From an archaeon (GTDB lineage: Archaea; Asgardarchaeota; Heimdallarchaeia; Heimdallarchaeales; Heimdallarchaeaceae): a stretch of DNA of 64,000 bases. Below the pieces are notes generated by a model. It did no database searches, was not told the origin of the DNA, and saw nothing but the letters and a program-made list of their open reading frames with translations. This document shows positions 9,076-18,318 of this stretch, piece by piece. A program made the translations under genes and the position numbers. Where the stretch lies: contig DAOVKB010000001.1 of NCBI GenBank assembly GCA_030631995.1, forward strand, positions 1,136 through 65,135, given 5' to 3'. The stretch's first letter is position 1. Each line of letters begins with the position of its first letter.

Positions 9076-9996
9076 TTATTTAGCCTCCTTTTCGTCTTTA
9101 ACCTCGGGTTTGGGTTCTTCCTTAGGTTCAGTTTTAGGTTCCTCTTTGGGTTTAGCTTTGATTTCAGGTTTGGGAGCCACTTTGGGCTCTTCCTTGGGTT
9201 CTTCTTTAACCGCTTTTGGTTTTTCTTCTTTTTTTGTTTCCTTTACATCTACAGACACTTCTGCTCTTATTGCCGCGTATTTGTCTTGTAGTGCTTTCTT
9301 TTGAATATCGTAAATTTCAGTAGCGCCTTTGATTGAAAGCTTTAAACATTCTTCAAATTGCTCAAAAGTAAATACACCATCCAATTGGACTAGTGATATC
9401 TCATCTAGAACTGGGCAATAACCAACTGGTACATCCCCAGAACCCTTTTGATCTTCTATATCATGAAGATCAAGTACAACTTTATCATTAATTAAGCCAC
9501 CAGCTACGGATGCAATCAGCCCCCTCATCGGAATCCCTGCATCAGCAAGTGCTACGGATGCAGCAGTTAGACTTGCACACCTGGTACCTCCATCTGCTTG
9601 TAACACTTGAAGGTAGACATCAATTGTTGTTCTTGGATATTTTTCTGTAAACACTACGGAAGTGAGTGCATTACTAATAATCATTGATATTTCTTTTTCT
9701 CTTCTAGATGGAGCAGGGCTTTTTCTATCATTAACAGAGAAAGTTGACATCCTATAAAAACACTGAATTAATGCTCTATCAGGGAGAGCACGGTGTTTAG
9801 GATGAAGTTCCCTTGGTCCATAAACTGCAGCGATAATAATATTCTTTCCCATGCGGATTTCTGCAGAACCATCCGCATTTTCTAATACTCCTATTTTGAT
9901 ACTTATTGGTCTTAGTTCATCGAAATTTCGACCATCAAGTCTTTTTCCTTTTTCATCTATTAGTTGAACAGTTCCATCTCCTGCCATAAATTTCAC
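9076..9996 (-). CDS. rrp41: Exosome catalytic subunit Rrp41 (RNase PH) with a C-terminal KPEEPK-type low-complexity tail
   Basis: RNase PH core (GSAEIRMGKNIIIAAVYGPRE..., DGGTRCASLTAASVALADAGIPM). C-terminal ~55 aa of K/E/P repeats (KEEPKEEPKVAPKPEIKAKPKEEPKTEPKEEPKPE). Start overlaps the rrp4 stop (9993..9996). Confidence 0.85.
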   Translation of the reverse strand: MKFMAGDGTVQLIDEKGKRLDGRNFDELRPISIKIGVLENADGSAEIRMGKNIIIAAVYGPRELHPKHRALPDRALIQCFYRMSTFSVNDRKSPAPSRREKEISMIISNALTSVVFTEKYPRTTIDVYLQVLQADGGTRCASLTAASVALADAGIPMRGLIASVAGGLINDKVVLDLHDIEDQKGSGDVPVGYCPVLDEISLVQLDGVFTFEQFEECLKLSIKGATEIYDIQKKALQDKYAAIRAEVSVDVKETKKEEKPKAVKEEPKEEPKVAPKPEIKAKPKEEPKTEPKEEPKPEVKDEKEAK

Positions 9997-10694
9997 CTAA
10001 TTTCATTATTATTATTTTCCGATAATAAGTCTCGAATTCTATCGGTTAACCCTTGTGTATGAGCTTCTAATTCTATTTTCTTTATTGATTCTATTGCTTT
10101 CAGTTCGTCTTCTTTCTTCTTACCTTGAATCCAGATTCTTCCATTTTGACCGGTTATAATCTGTGTTCTAGTTAATCTCTTTACCATGTTAATCATTGTA
10201 CCTCTCTTTCCAATTACACGAGGTATATGTGCAGCTTCAATTTCGATAATTCTGCCACCTCTCAATTTTCCAAGTCCTCTTTCATTTGTGATAACTTGGG
10301 GATCTCTAGTTCTATCAAAACTAGCTATTTTGGTAAGAATTATATCACCAACATCGAAGATTCTTCTTGCATCATCTTTTACGGGATCAAATTTCTTTTC
10401 AGTAGCGTTATTTGCTAGTAGTACAGCAATATAAGGGGAACCAATATCAATTAACCAATTTGTTAACCCAACTTCAACTATTTTTCCAATTACTAAATCT
10501 CCGGGTCTAGGAACATATTTTCCTTTCAAGGATTTTACTTGAATAAAATCTCCTTTATCTTGAAAAAGACCGACAACTGTTGAATAATAGAAGTTTCCTC
10601 TTTTTATAATACCCTCGCCACATCGTATAGTTCCCTCAGCTAATATATCACCAGGGATAACTATTGCATGGTTTTCTAATGCTATCTTAGACAT
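9993..10694 (-). CDS. rrp4: Exosome cap subunit Rrp4 (S1 + KH domains)
   Basis: S1 domain followed by a KH GxxG motif (VIGKRGTMINMV); operon position. Confidence 0.85.
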   Translation of the reverse strand: MSKIALENHAIVIPGDILAEGTIRCGEGIIKRGNFYYSTVVGLFQDKGDFIQVKSLKGKYVPRPGDLVIGKIVEVGLTNWLIDIGSPYIAVLLANNATEKKFDPVKDDARRIFDVGDIILTKIASFDRTRDPQVITNERGLGKLRGGRIIEIEAAHIPRVIGKRGTMINMVKRLTRTQIITGQNGRIWIQGKKKEDELKAIESIKKIELEAHTQGLTDRIRDLLSENNNNEIR

Positions 10695-10713
10695 TTTTCT
10701 CGACCTTTAAAGT

Positions 10714-11469
10714 TTATTCTGACAATCTTTCTAACACTTTAACTTGTGCTTTACCTTTTGTACGAGAAGTTATTTGTTCCAAAAAATCTGCTTGTGTTCC
10801 AGAAGGTATTTGAACTAAAACAACCAAACTGCCATCAGATAACCATTCTTCTTGAACTAAATTTCCGGATGAAAGAACGTAACCATATAATGATCCTGTA
10901 AAACTTGGAGGAATTTTCAAGGCTAATTTTACTGATTCAAGCCTGATAGGCATAATTGGTTTAAGCAAATCAATAATTTCTAAAGCCTGTATTTTAATTT
11001 CTTCCTTATAATCAATATTAACTCCCAAATCCATTATTGCTTTATCAATCCTATCTTTAGGTATAGGAGTATTTTCTCTGGGATTAATACAGTGAATATG
11101 AATAAAATTAACAATCTCTGCTCGTTTTTCCTTCAATATTTCATTTCTTTGCTCAGCTGTTAATTGAAGCTGACCATCTTTTAAAATACGCAAAGCAATA
11201 TCTCTTTCACTTGCTTCTTCCCCGAATACAGCTAAAATATCATCTTCAGAAGATCTGTGACCACGAGAAACATTTTCATAAACTTGTAATGTATCAAAAA
11301 TATCATCGGGGTCTATTTCTTCTCCCTGTAAAAATAACCAAGCTGATTCTGGATTAACCAGCAATTCAAACCTTCTTCCATGCGCTTGGTATCGGACAAG
11401 AGACTTACCTTTTAAATCAATTCTTTTGTCTCCGGTAATAGCGCCATGATCTCGTACCATAGCATTCAC
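10714..11469 (-). CDS. sdo1: SBDS/Sdo1 ribosome maturation protein
   Basis: FYSH-domain motifs VRYQAHGRRFELLVNPESAW...IDPDDIFDTLQVYENVSRG...DDILAVFG; heads the exosome operon as in other archaea. Confidence 0.8.
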   Translation of the reverse strand: MNAMVRDHGAITGDKRIDLKGKSLVRYQAHGRRFELLVNPESAWLFLQGEEIDPDDIFDTLQVYENVSRGHRSSEDDILAVFGEEASERDIALRILKDGQLQLTAEQRNEILKEKRAEIVNFIHIHCINPRENTPIPKDRIDKAIMDLGVNIDYKEEIKIQALEIIDLLKPIMPIRLESVKLALKIPPSFTGSLYGYVLSSGNLVQEEWLSDGSLVVLVQIPSGTQADFLEQITSRTKGKAQVKVLERLSE

Positions 11470-11593
11470 ACTTTTGTAAACTTAGTAAATATTGTTCAGT
11501 TTTATTGATAGTTAAAGTGCCAGATTTATAAGACTTTTTAAGTTTGAGATATAGAAATTCTATAGATAATCACAATACTGATGTGGTAAACAA

Positions 11594-12121
11594 ATGAACA
11601 ATATTCTAATTACTGGTTTACCAGGGGTTGGAAAAACTACTCTCATAACTCAAATCTTGAAAGAACTCAAAGTGAGGGCTATTGGATTTGTAACAAAAGA
11701 GCTACGAAAGGAGGGTAGTCGATACGGATTTACTGTTGAAACTTTATCTGGTACAAGCATGCTATTAGCATCAAAAAAAGAAAAATACTGTAAATACAGA
11801 GTGGGAAAATATTGTGTTTATGTGGAAAATGTTGATTCTATAGTTAAGATATTGGAAGAAGAAATCAGAAAGAAATCTTATAGCATGATCGTTATAGATG
11901 AAATTGGTAAAATGGAGTTGTTCTCACCTAATTTTAAGAAGTTTTTATTAAATAGTTTAGAAGAACAAAAAGTATTTGGAACAATCATGATGAGAGATAA
12001 CTCTTTTACTAAGGAAATTAAAACCAGGCCAGATGTAAAACTTTACAACATTGATAGAACAAATCGCGATTGGGTAAAACAAATAATTTCGAGAAAGATT
12101 ATGGATAATCAGAGATTATGA
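11594..12121 (+). CDS. THEP1-family nucleoside-triphosphatase (COG1618-like)
   Basis: ILITGLPGVGKTTL Walker A, VIDEIGKMEL Walker B, ~175 aa. Confidence 0.7.
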   Translation: MNNILITGLPGVGKTTLITQILKELKVRAIGFVTKELRKEGSRYGFTVETLSGTSMLLASKKEKYCKYRVGKYCVYVENVDSIVKILEEEIRKKSYSMIVIDEIGKMELFSPNFKKFLLNSLEEQKVFGTIMMRDNSFTKEIKTRPDVKLYNIDRTNRDWVKQIISRKIMDNQRL

Positions 12122-12145
12122 AAAATCACTTTCTAGCCTTTAGCA

Positions 12146-13051
12146 ATGATTTTATATGCACATAATATAATGGTAAATTGTAGATTCAAGATGTCAAAGA
12201 AAGATGAATTCAAATCACTTGTTGGTTCCATTAACATGGTAAAGAACATGGTTGAAAGCATTGTTTCAGCAGTTCAAGAACGTTTCAAAGATTATGATAA
12301 TGTTGTAGTATCATTAAGGGAGAGATTAGATAAACTAGAAGCTCAATCGGGACAAAGTACATCTACTCAAGCAGTACCAACAGATGCAGCAAATCTAGTT
12401 AACAAAATAGAGCAATTAACAAAAAGAATGGATAGCTTAAATGAACGAATACTGCTCATAGAAGCAACAAAAAGTGTTCATGATGAAACTATAGTTGAAC
12501 CCACAGATGTTCAAGCAATAAAAGATATAGCAGCAGAAGCTCCATCAGCAGTACCTGCACCTGTTCCAACACCAGTACCTGAAGAAGCTGAAGCAATTGC
12601 TGAATTTGAAATTCCGACAGAAGATCCTGAGAAGGATTTAACATCAATCCCCGCACCACCAACACCTGAATCTATTCCAACTCCAAGAGCAGAAATTCCT
12701 TCAGCACCACCAACACAGAAAATTGAGGAAGTAGAACTTCCAAAAGTTGCACCATTTGCTCCTCCTACTGAAATCCCAGCACCACCAGCACCTAAGCCTG
12801 CAACACAAATTACAGAAGATGTTGAAAGAGACGTAAGTCCCATTTCTAAACAGGTAAGTGGAAGCATACCTATGCCTCCTAAAAAAGAAGGGGTCACAGA
12901 TGCAACAGAAATTCAGCCTTCCGTTCTTAAGACTGAAGAAGAAGAAGCCACAGTACCAGAAGAAGGAAAATCAGCAGAGATTTTTGGTGAGGCTGTCAGC
13001 GGTGATAAAGCAGAACTTCTTAAAGCTTTGAAGAAATTAGAAGATCTTTAA
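12146..13051 (+). CDS. Coiled-coil plus proline-rich low-complexity protein
   Basis: N-terminal coiled-coil segment followed by PAPVPTPVPEE...PAPPTPESIPTP...PAPPAPKP repeats. The start may be the internal MSKKDEF. Confidence 0.4.
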   Translation: MILYAHNIMVNCRFKMSKKDEFKSLVGSINMVKNMVESIVSAVQERFKDYDNVVVSLRERLDKLEAQSGQSTSTQAVPTDAANLVNKIEQLTKRMDSLNERILLIEATKSVHDETIVEPTDVQAIKDIAAEAPSAVPAPVPTPVPEEAEAIAEFEIPTEDPEKDLTSIPAPPTPESIPTPRAEIPSAPPTQKIEEVELPKVAPFAPPTEIPAPPAPKPATQITEDVERDVSPISKQVSGSIPMPPKKEGVTDATEIQPSVLKTEEEEATVPEEGKSAEIFGEAVSGDKAELLKALKKLEDL

Positions 13052-13099
13052 AGTTCCAGCAATCGGAAATTTCAAATATGGTTCTCAAAGATTTGCTTA

Positions 13100-14128
13100 A
13101 TGGTTATTTCAATTCCGCCTATTGCGATATATATTATTACATTTTTTATACCTTTGATTCTCACATTCATTGTATTACCTTTTCACATAAGATTTATGCT
13201 AAAGAAAGGAATTTTTGGAATTGATATTCATAAGGAGAGTAAACCGAAAGTTGCAGAAATGGGTGGAGTAATAATTCTCTTATCCATAATTCTTACATCC
13301 ATAGTAGGGATTTTGCTAGTTGATAATAACGTAGATAGACTCAAAATAGGAATATTCTGCATAACAGTATTGATAGCAGGAATCATAGGATTGATTGATG
13401 ATTTAATTAGACTTAGTGCATTACTAAAACCCTTGTTGCTCCTATTAGCATCAGTACCAATTATTGCATCAGGAATGTTTTCACCAGAACCAGTCCTACC
13501 ATTTGTAGGAAAAACAAGATTAACAATAGTCTATTATGTATTGTTGCCTTTTATCATTGCGGTTCCTTCGAATGCAGTAAACATGTTAGATGTCTTCAAT
13601 GGTTCAATGGCATTAGCTACGATTTTAGTACTAGTAGCAGTGTTCTTTGCCAATATGATAATCTTTCGAGGAGGAATCGAAAATCTTGATTTGACTTATG
13701 TATTCATCTTAATGATGATAGCAACTCTAATTGCGTTCTGGTTTTTCAACCGTTATCCAGCTAAAGTTTTTGCAGGAGATACAGGGAGTTTAGCTATTGG
13801 TGCATCACTAGGAGCAATAGCAGTACTTGGACAGCTTGAAGTTGTTGTGATTATCGCTATGATACCTTTTATTATGAATTCTTTCGGCATAATTAGTAGT
13901 GTTAGAGGGTTGATGGAAAGAAGAGAGATGGTGAGACCTACGAAAATGACTCATGATTGGAAAATACAATCCACTGGAGATTCGAAAGCTCCTATCACAC
14001 TTGTGGGTTTGGTTATTCAAAAAGAACCTCTACATGAGAAAGACATTGTTAAAAGTTTCAGTATTCTCACCTTTATAAGTGGGATATTTGCTCTGATAAC
14101 TGCAGTTTTGATTTGGTTGGTGATATAA
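13100..14128 (+). CDS. aglH: Glycosyltransferase family 4 polyprenyl-phosphate HexNAc-1-phosphate transferase (MraY/WecA/AglH-like)
   Basis: Polytopic membrane protein with the conserved VFAGDTGSLAIGASLG motif and IGLIDD / NAVNMLD aspartate motifs of the MraY/WecA family. Confidence 0.75.
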   Translation: MVISIPPIAIYIITFFIPLILTFIVLPFHIRFMLKKGIFGIDIHKESKPKVAEMGGVIILLSIILTSIVGILLVDNNVDRLKIGIFCITVLIAGIIGLIDDLIRLSALLKPLLLLLASVPIIASGMFSPEPVLPFVGKTRLTIVYYVLLPFIIAVPSNAVNMLDVFNGSMALATILVLVAVFFANMIIFRGGIENLDLTYVFILMMIATLIAFWFFNRYPAKVFAGDTGSLAIGASLGAIAVLGQLEVVVIIAMIPFIMNSFGIISSVRGLMERREMVRPTKMTHDWKIQSTGDSKAPITLVGLVIQKEPLHEKDIVKSFSILTFISGIFALITAVLIWLVI

Positions 14129-14406
14129 TGAGATATTATAAAATAACAAATAGAATATCAAAAATCATTGGACTTGAAGCATTTGTGTTTGCATCATTTA
14201 TAGGCATCTGTTTTCTAATTAATGCATTAATTGTTAATATTCCTGCAGTTCCTACCAAGCCAGGTATAAATTTCTTGCTTGCTACTTTAAAAGTAGGATT
14301 GGGTTTGTTGTTTGTGGGGATCTGGTTAGTTATTTGGTATATCATTACTAAGAGACTAATGAAAACGAAAAAGAAAACCAAAAGCGAAAAAAGTAGTGCT
14401 TCATGA
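14113..14406 (+). CDS. Small membrane protein (2 TM helices)
   Basis: 97 aa, two hydrophobic helices, overlaps the aglH end by 16 nt. Confidence 0.3.
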   Translation: MVGDIMRYYKITNRISKIIGLEAFVFASFIGICFLINALIVNIPAVPTKPGINFLLATLKVGLGLLFVGIWLVIWYIITKRLMKTKKKTKSEKSSAS

Positions 14407-14412
14407 ATCGTA

Positions 14413-15069
14413 CTATGATTGAGCTTCTAAAAGGAATAACCTTTTCTTTAGAATATAGAACTTCTTAGCGAATTCAATGCTAGAAATTTCATAATCTTCA
14501 AATTGTTGTTCTATCGCAAAGATTTCACTTTCTACATTTAATATTTCATCTTCAATATGCTTTTGTTTCTCTTGTTGTAATATCTTATTGCTTACTTGGC
14601 TTGGTTTCTTTGCTGATATTTCATTTAATTCCTTCTTTTTTTCTTCGAGAATAATTGTCAATTGTTCCTTTTGTTTTGTCAATGGTGTAAGTTGATTCTG
14701 AGGGTCTATTGCTTCTGCTTTAGCTTTAATCATTCTTGCAGGAACTTTAGAAAACAACCTTATTGTTTCCACAATCACTTGAAAAATATGATAACTTGAT
14801 CTCCATCTAGCAAGCATTCTCATTTCTAGAAAATTGTCATGAGTTAAATTTGGATGTGTTATAGGGGTTATAATTTTCACTTGTGGTGGAGTTTCTGGAA
14901 AAGTATCTGTAAGATAGATTTCAACTTCTACTAATATTTCACCTTCATCTGAAATAGCGGGAACAAAACCCCTCCATTTAGTTAAATCCCCTGCGATTGG
15001 TTCAAATGCATAAGCTCTTTCCATCACAAGACTATATTCTTTTGCTAAGACGCTATCTGGAACTGTCAT
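14413..15069 (-). CDS. UEV-domain (inactive E2 variant) protein with a C-terminal coiled coil: TSG101/Vps23-like ESCRT-I candidate
   Basis: E2-fold signature IYLTDTFPETPPQVKIITPITHPNL matches the TSG101 UEV LWLLDTYPYNPPICFVKPT. The HPN motif is present but no catalytic Cys follows. C-terminal ~90 aa form a predicted coiled coil ending in a steadiness-box-like hydrophobic segment. Confidence 0.6.
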   Translation of the reverse strand: MTVPDSVLAKEYSLVMERAYAFEPIAGDLTKWRGFVPAISDEGEILVEVEIYLTDTFPETPPQVKIITPITHPNLTHDNFLEMRMLARWRSSYHIFQVIVETIRLFSKVPARMIKAKAEAIDPQNQLTPLTKQKEQLTIILEEKKKELNEISAKKPSQVSNKILQQEKQKHIEDEILNVESEIFAIEQQFEDYEISSIEFAKKFYILKKRLFLLEAQS

Positions 15070-15178
15070 AATATCCTAACACCTTTCTTGTAAGTATTTC
15101 ACAGCGTTCTATTTATAGATTCTCTTTTCTATTAAAACAAAATTCAACATCTCTAGATTTTTATATTAACATTTTTCC

Positions 15179-17041
15179 ATGGATTTAATGACTAGAGTTG
15201 CAGTGATAAATCACGATAAATGCAGACCTGATAAATGTGGAAAATTATGCTATAAGGTATGTCCCACTGTCAGAGCTGGTAGAGAAACAATATCATTTGA
15301 GCCCCCTAGTAATAAAGCTGTTATCCATGAACCTCTCTGCGAAGGCGTTGGAATTTGTGTTAAGAAATGCCCTTTTCATTGTATAACTGTAGTCAACTTA
15401 CCTGAAGAGTTAGATAAAGAAGTAACCCATAGATATAGCATTAATGGTTTTAAACTTCATAGATTACCGATGCCAAAATTAGGACGGGTTACAGGATTAG
15501 TTGGACAAAATGGTTCCGGAAAAACAACCACATTGAACATCTTACAAGGGAATTTCTCACCTAATTTGGGTAGGTTTGAACAGCCCCCTGAATGGGAAGA
15601 GATATTAGAGCATTTCAGAGGAAAGGAAATTCAGAACTACTTTGAGAAACTAGCAAACAAAGAATTAAGAATCATCCTAAAACCGCAAAATGTTGATAAA
15701 TTACCAAAAGCTATCAAAGGGAATGTTTCAGATCTTATTAATAAAGTGGATGAAAAAAATCTAAAGAACGAGGTAAAGGAAATTTTTTCCTTGGAAAAGG
15801 TATGGGATAGAGATATCTCAAAACTAAGTGGGGGAGAGTTACAAAGACTAGCAATTGCAGCAACCGTTGTTCGTGAAGCAGATGTATATTTGTTTGATGA
15901 ACCTACAGCTTACTTAGATGTGCAAGAGAGGGTGAAAATTTCACAATATCTTAACGATATGAAATCACCGAATCACACATTAATTGTAGTTGAACATGAT
16001 CTTGCAATGCTTGATTATCTGAGTGATCAGATATTCATCTACTATGGAGCAGCAGGTGTTTATGGTATCGTTAGCCATCCACATGCTGTAAGAGAAGGAA
16101 TCAATGTTTTTCTTGATGGTTATATTCCATCAGAAAACATGCGATTTAGACCACAACCAATCATTTTCAAAAAAACTAGTATGGAAGATAAAGCAATATC
16201 CCATAGACTAGCTCTACGATATGGTGAAATGACAAAAAAATTCAATGGTTTTGAATTGTCTACCAAAGGAGGAGAGCTCTATAAAGGAGAAGTAATAGGC
16301 ATTATTGGACCAAATGGAATTGGAAAAACAACTTTTGTAAAGATGCTTGCAGGTGTTCTTGAACCTACAACAATTTCGGAACCTGTAGAACTTTTAGTTG
16401 AGATAGCTACAAAGAAGGAAGAAGACTCTGAAGAACGAGAAAGAGAAGAGAAAATTGAATCTTTCAAGGTTAGTCACAAACCCCAATATCTATACACTGA
16501 ATCAGAGCAAACAGTAGAGGAATATCTTAGAGAGATAAACCCCGTAATGCTATCAAGTGGTTGGCATAAAACAGAGATAGTTGAACCACTTAAGTTTTCC
16601 AAACTACTTGATTCACAATTAAGGGATCTTTCAGGAGGGGAACTTCAGAAAGTGTCTATAGCTGCTTGTTTGGGTAGAAGGGCTCATCTTTATCTTCTGG
16701 ATGAACCTTCAGCATACATATCATCTGAAGATAGAGTGAATGTTGCGAAAGTAATTAAGAGAGTAGTTTCTCACTATGAAATGCCTGCTTTAGTTGTAGA
16801 GCATGATGTTATGATGCTTAATTTCACTTCAGACAGACTAATTATTTTTGATGGACAACCAAGTGTAAAGGGTCGTAGTAGCTCAATAGGATCGATGCAA
16901 TATGGAATGAATGCTTTTCTTAGAAAAATGGATATAACTTTCAGACAAGATCCACGAACACTCAGACCCAGAGTTAACAAAAAGGACTCTCAACTAGATA
17001 AAAAGCAAAAAGCAGAAGGAAAGTATTTTGTTCCTGCTTAA
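15179..17041 (+). CDS. abcE1: ABCE1 (RNase L inhibitor / Rli1) ribosome recycling factor
   Basis: N-terminal double 4Fe-4S cluster (CRPDKCGKLCYKVCP, CEGVGICVKKCP), then two ABC domains (GQNGSGKTT / GPNGIGKTT Walker A; LSGGELQ signatures). 620 aa. Confidence 0.9.
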   Translation: MDLMTRVAVINHDKCRPDKCGKLCYKVCPTVRAGRETISFEPPSNKAVIHEPLCEGVGICVKKCPFHCITVVNLPEELDKEVTHRYSINGFKLHRLPMPKLGRVTGLVGQNGSGKTTTLNILQGNFSPNLGRFEQPPEWEEILEHFRGKEIQNYFEKLANKELRIILKPQNVDKLPKAIKGNVSDLINKVDEKNLKNEVKEIFSLEKVWDRDISKLSGGELQRLAIAATVVREADVYLFDEPTAYLDVQERVKISQYLNDMKSPNHTLIVVEHDLAMLDYLSDQIFIYYGAAGVYGIVSHPHAVREGINVFLDGYIPSENMRFRPQPIIFKKTSMEDKAISHRLALRYGEMTKKFNGFELSTKGGELYKGEVIGIIGPNGIGKTTFVKMLAGVLEPTTISEPVELLVEIATKKEEDSEEREREEKIESFKVSHKPQYLYTESEQTVEEYLREINPVMLSSGWHKTEIVEPLKFSKLLDSQLRDLSGGELQKVSIAACLGRRAHLYLLDEPSAYISSEDRVNVAKVIKRVVSHYEMPALVVEHDVMMLNFTSDRLIIFDGQPSVKGRSSSIGSMQYGMNAFLRKMDITFRQDPRTLRPRVNKKDSQLDKKQKAEGKYFVPA

Positions 17042-17134
17042 AATACTCTAGTTTGGTTTTGAGCTCGGAATTTTCTTCAACAAAAAAAATTGAATGCAAA
17101 AAATAAAAGAAGTGGAAAATTAAGTTTATCGTAC

Positions 17135-17569
17135 TTAATCTTTCAGATGATTAAACCATTCAGGAAGTCTTAATTCTTCAACTTTAGTTGTGTCTCCAGG
17201 TAGATATGGTTTAATATCAACTACAGGAGTCCCATCAATTGCATCAATTCTATCAATGTAAAGTCGGTTATTTTCTACTTTAATCAGTTTAACTTTTGTC
17301 AATCCTATAGGATTAGGTCTAGAGGGACTCCTACAGGAAAATACTCCTGTTTCTATTTCTTCTCCTAATTTAGGAGGATATGCTAATAACTGTGACCTGT
17401 CTTGAGGATTGTCTCTCATAGAAATCCACCATAAAACAAAGATGTGACTAAAATTCTCAATATGTCTTAAACCAGAAAGATAAGATTGATGAATCTCTAT
17501 AAAACACGCTTCTTGTTCAATTTTTACAGTTCCAATTTGATATATACCAAAAGATGACATAGTAACCAA
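17135..17569 (-). CDS. trmO: TsaA/TrmO (YaeB) family tRNA m6t6A37 methyltransferase
   Basis: Conserved RSPSRPNPIGLT and DGTPVVDIKPY motifs of the YaeB/TsaA family. Confidence 0.75.
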   Translation of the reverse strand: MVTMSSFGIYQIGTVKIEQEACFIEIHQSYLSGLRHIENFSHIFVLWWISMRDNPQDRSQLLAYPPKLGEEIETGVFSCRSPSRPNPIGLTKVKLIKVENNRLYIDRIDAIDGTPVVDIKPYLPGDTTKVEELRLPEWFNHLKD

Positions 17570-17616
17570 AAATCAGTCCGTACAATGGCTTTTGAAGTTT
17601 TCTTTCTGACTTATAA

Positions 17617-18318
17617 TCATTTTACAATAGCATTCTTTTTGAAAAAACTATCAAGTGTTCTTGTCTCTTCAGGCTTTTCCAAAACATCTTCATAGAATTT
17701 CTTCTCAATATCCATATTAGCTTTCTTCATAACATATTTTGGAATGAAACGATGAAACAATCGTGTATTCAATCTCTGCTCTAAAAACTGCGTTTCATAA
17801 TATTGTTCCCAGAGAAAATCACCGTTCTCTAGTAAAAACTCTACAGGTAATCGTTCGGTAAGAGTTTTATCGGTAAATTCACGTATTTGATTTATTAGGA
17901 TTTTTTCATTTTGCTCTTTGAATTCAGGTATGTTTGAGATATCTGTTCTTTCAGTAGCAAGATGATTATCACTTGGAGTGATAACTAGGATGATGAAATT
18001 ACCAAATCTCTTTGCAAGAGATTTCGCTATTAAATGCCCTGTTTTATGTTCAGGGTGACATTTTCCTAGAAGAAGCATTTCAGGTAATGGTTTTAATCTA
18101 ATATAAGCTGACAGTTGATGGATTTCACGCAGAACTGCGTTTGCTCTTCTTTTTATCAGCTTGCCCAATATAGTGCATCCTGTTGTTATCTCATGTGGAC
18201 TTGATTGATATAATTCATTAGCTTTGAGGACAAAATCCTCGGTGGTTTTTATGTGTAAGCAAGCTGCTTGAAAATATTCTTTTGCTGAGCGATCACATAT
18301 AAATGACGTCTTTTTCAC
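17617..18318 (-). CDS. Putative DNA-metabolism protein partnered with the radical SAM enzyme (TIGR03915-like, UDG-like fold)
   Basis: 233 aa. 4-nt overlap with the upstream radical SAM gene (18315..18318); this two-gene arrangement is characteristic of the 'DNA modification/repair radical SAM' pair. Confidence 0.4.
   Translation of the reverse strand: MKKTSFICDRSAKEYFQAACLHIKTTEDFVLKANELYQSSPHEITTGCTILGKLIKRRANAVLREIHQLSAYIRLKPLPEMLLLGKCHPEHKTGHLIAKSLAKRFGNFIILVITPSDNHLATERTDISNIPEFKEQNEKILINQIREFTDKTLTERLPVEFLLENGDFLWEQYYETQFLEQRLNTRLFHRFIPKYVMKKANMDIEKKFYEDVLEKPEETRTLDSFFKKNAIVK

Noticed and set aside
9110-9304. 64-aa G/S/L-rich ORF
   Set aside because: Antisense to the KPEEPK repeat tail of rrp41; a compositional mirror artefact.
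12511-12897. 128-aa G/A/S-rich ORF on the minus strand
   Set aside because: Antisense to the proline-rich region of 12146..13051; reverse-complement of P/A/E codons gives G/S/A runs. Artefact.
12146-13051. Considered this Pro-rich protein as an S-layer/cell-surface glycoprotein substrate of the adjacent AglH
   Set aside because: No signal peptide or TM anchor is visible at the N-terminus (it begins with a coiled coil). Adjacency alone is insufficient.
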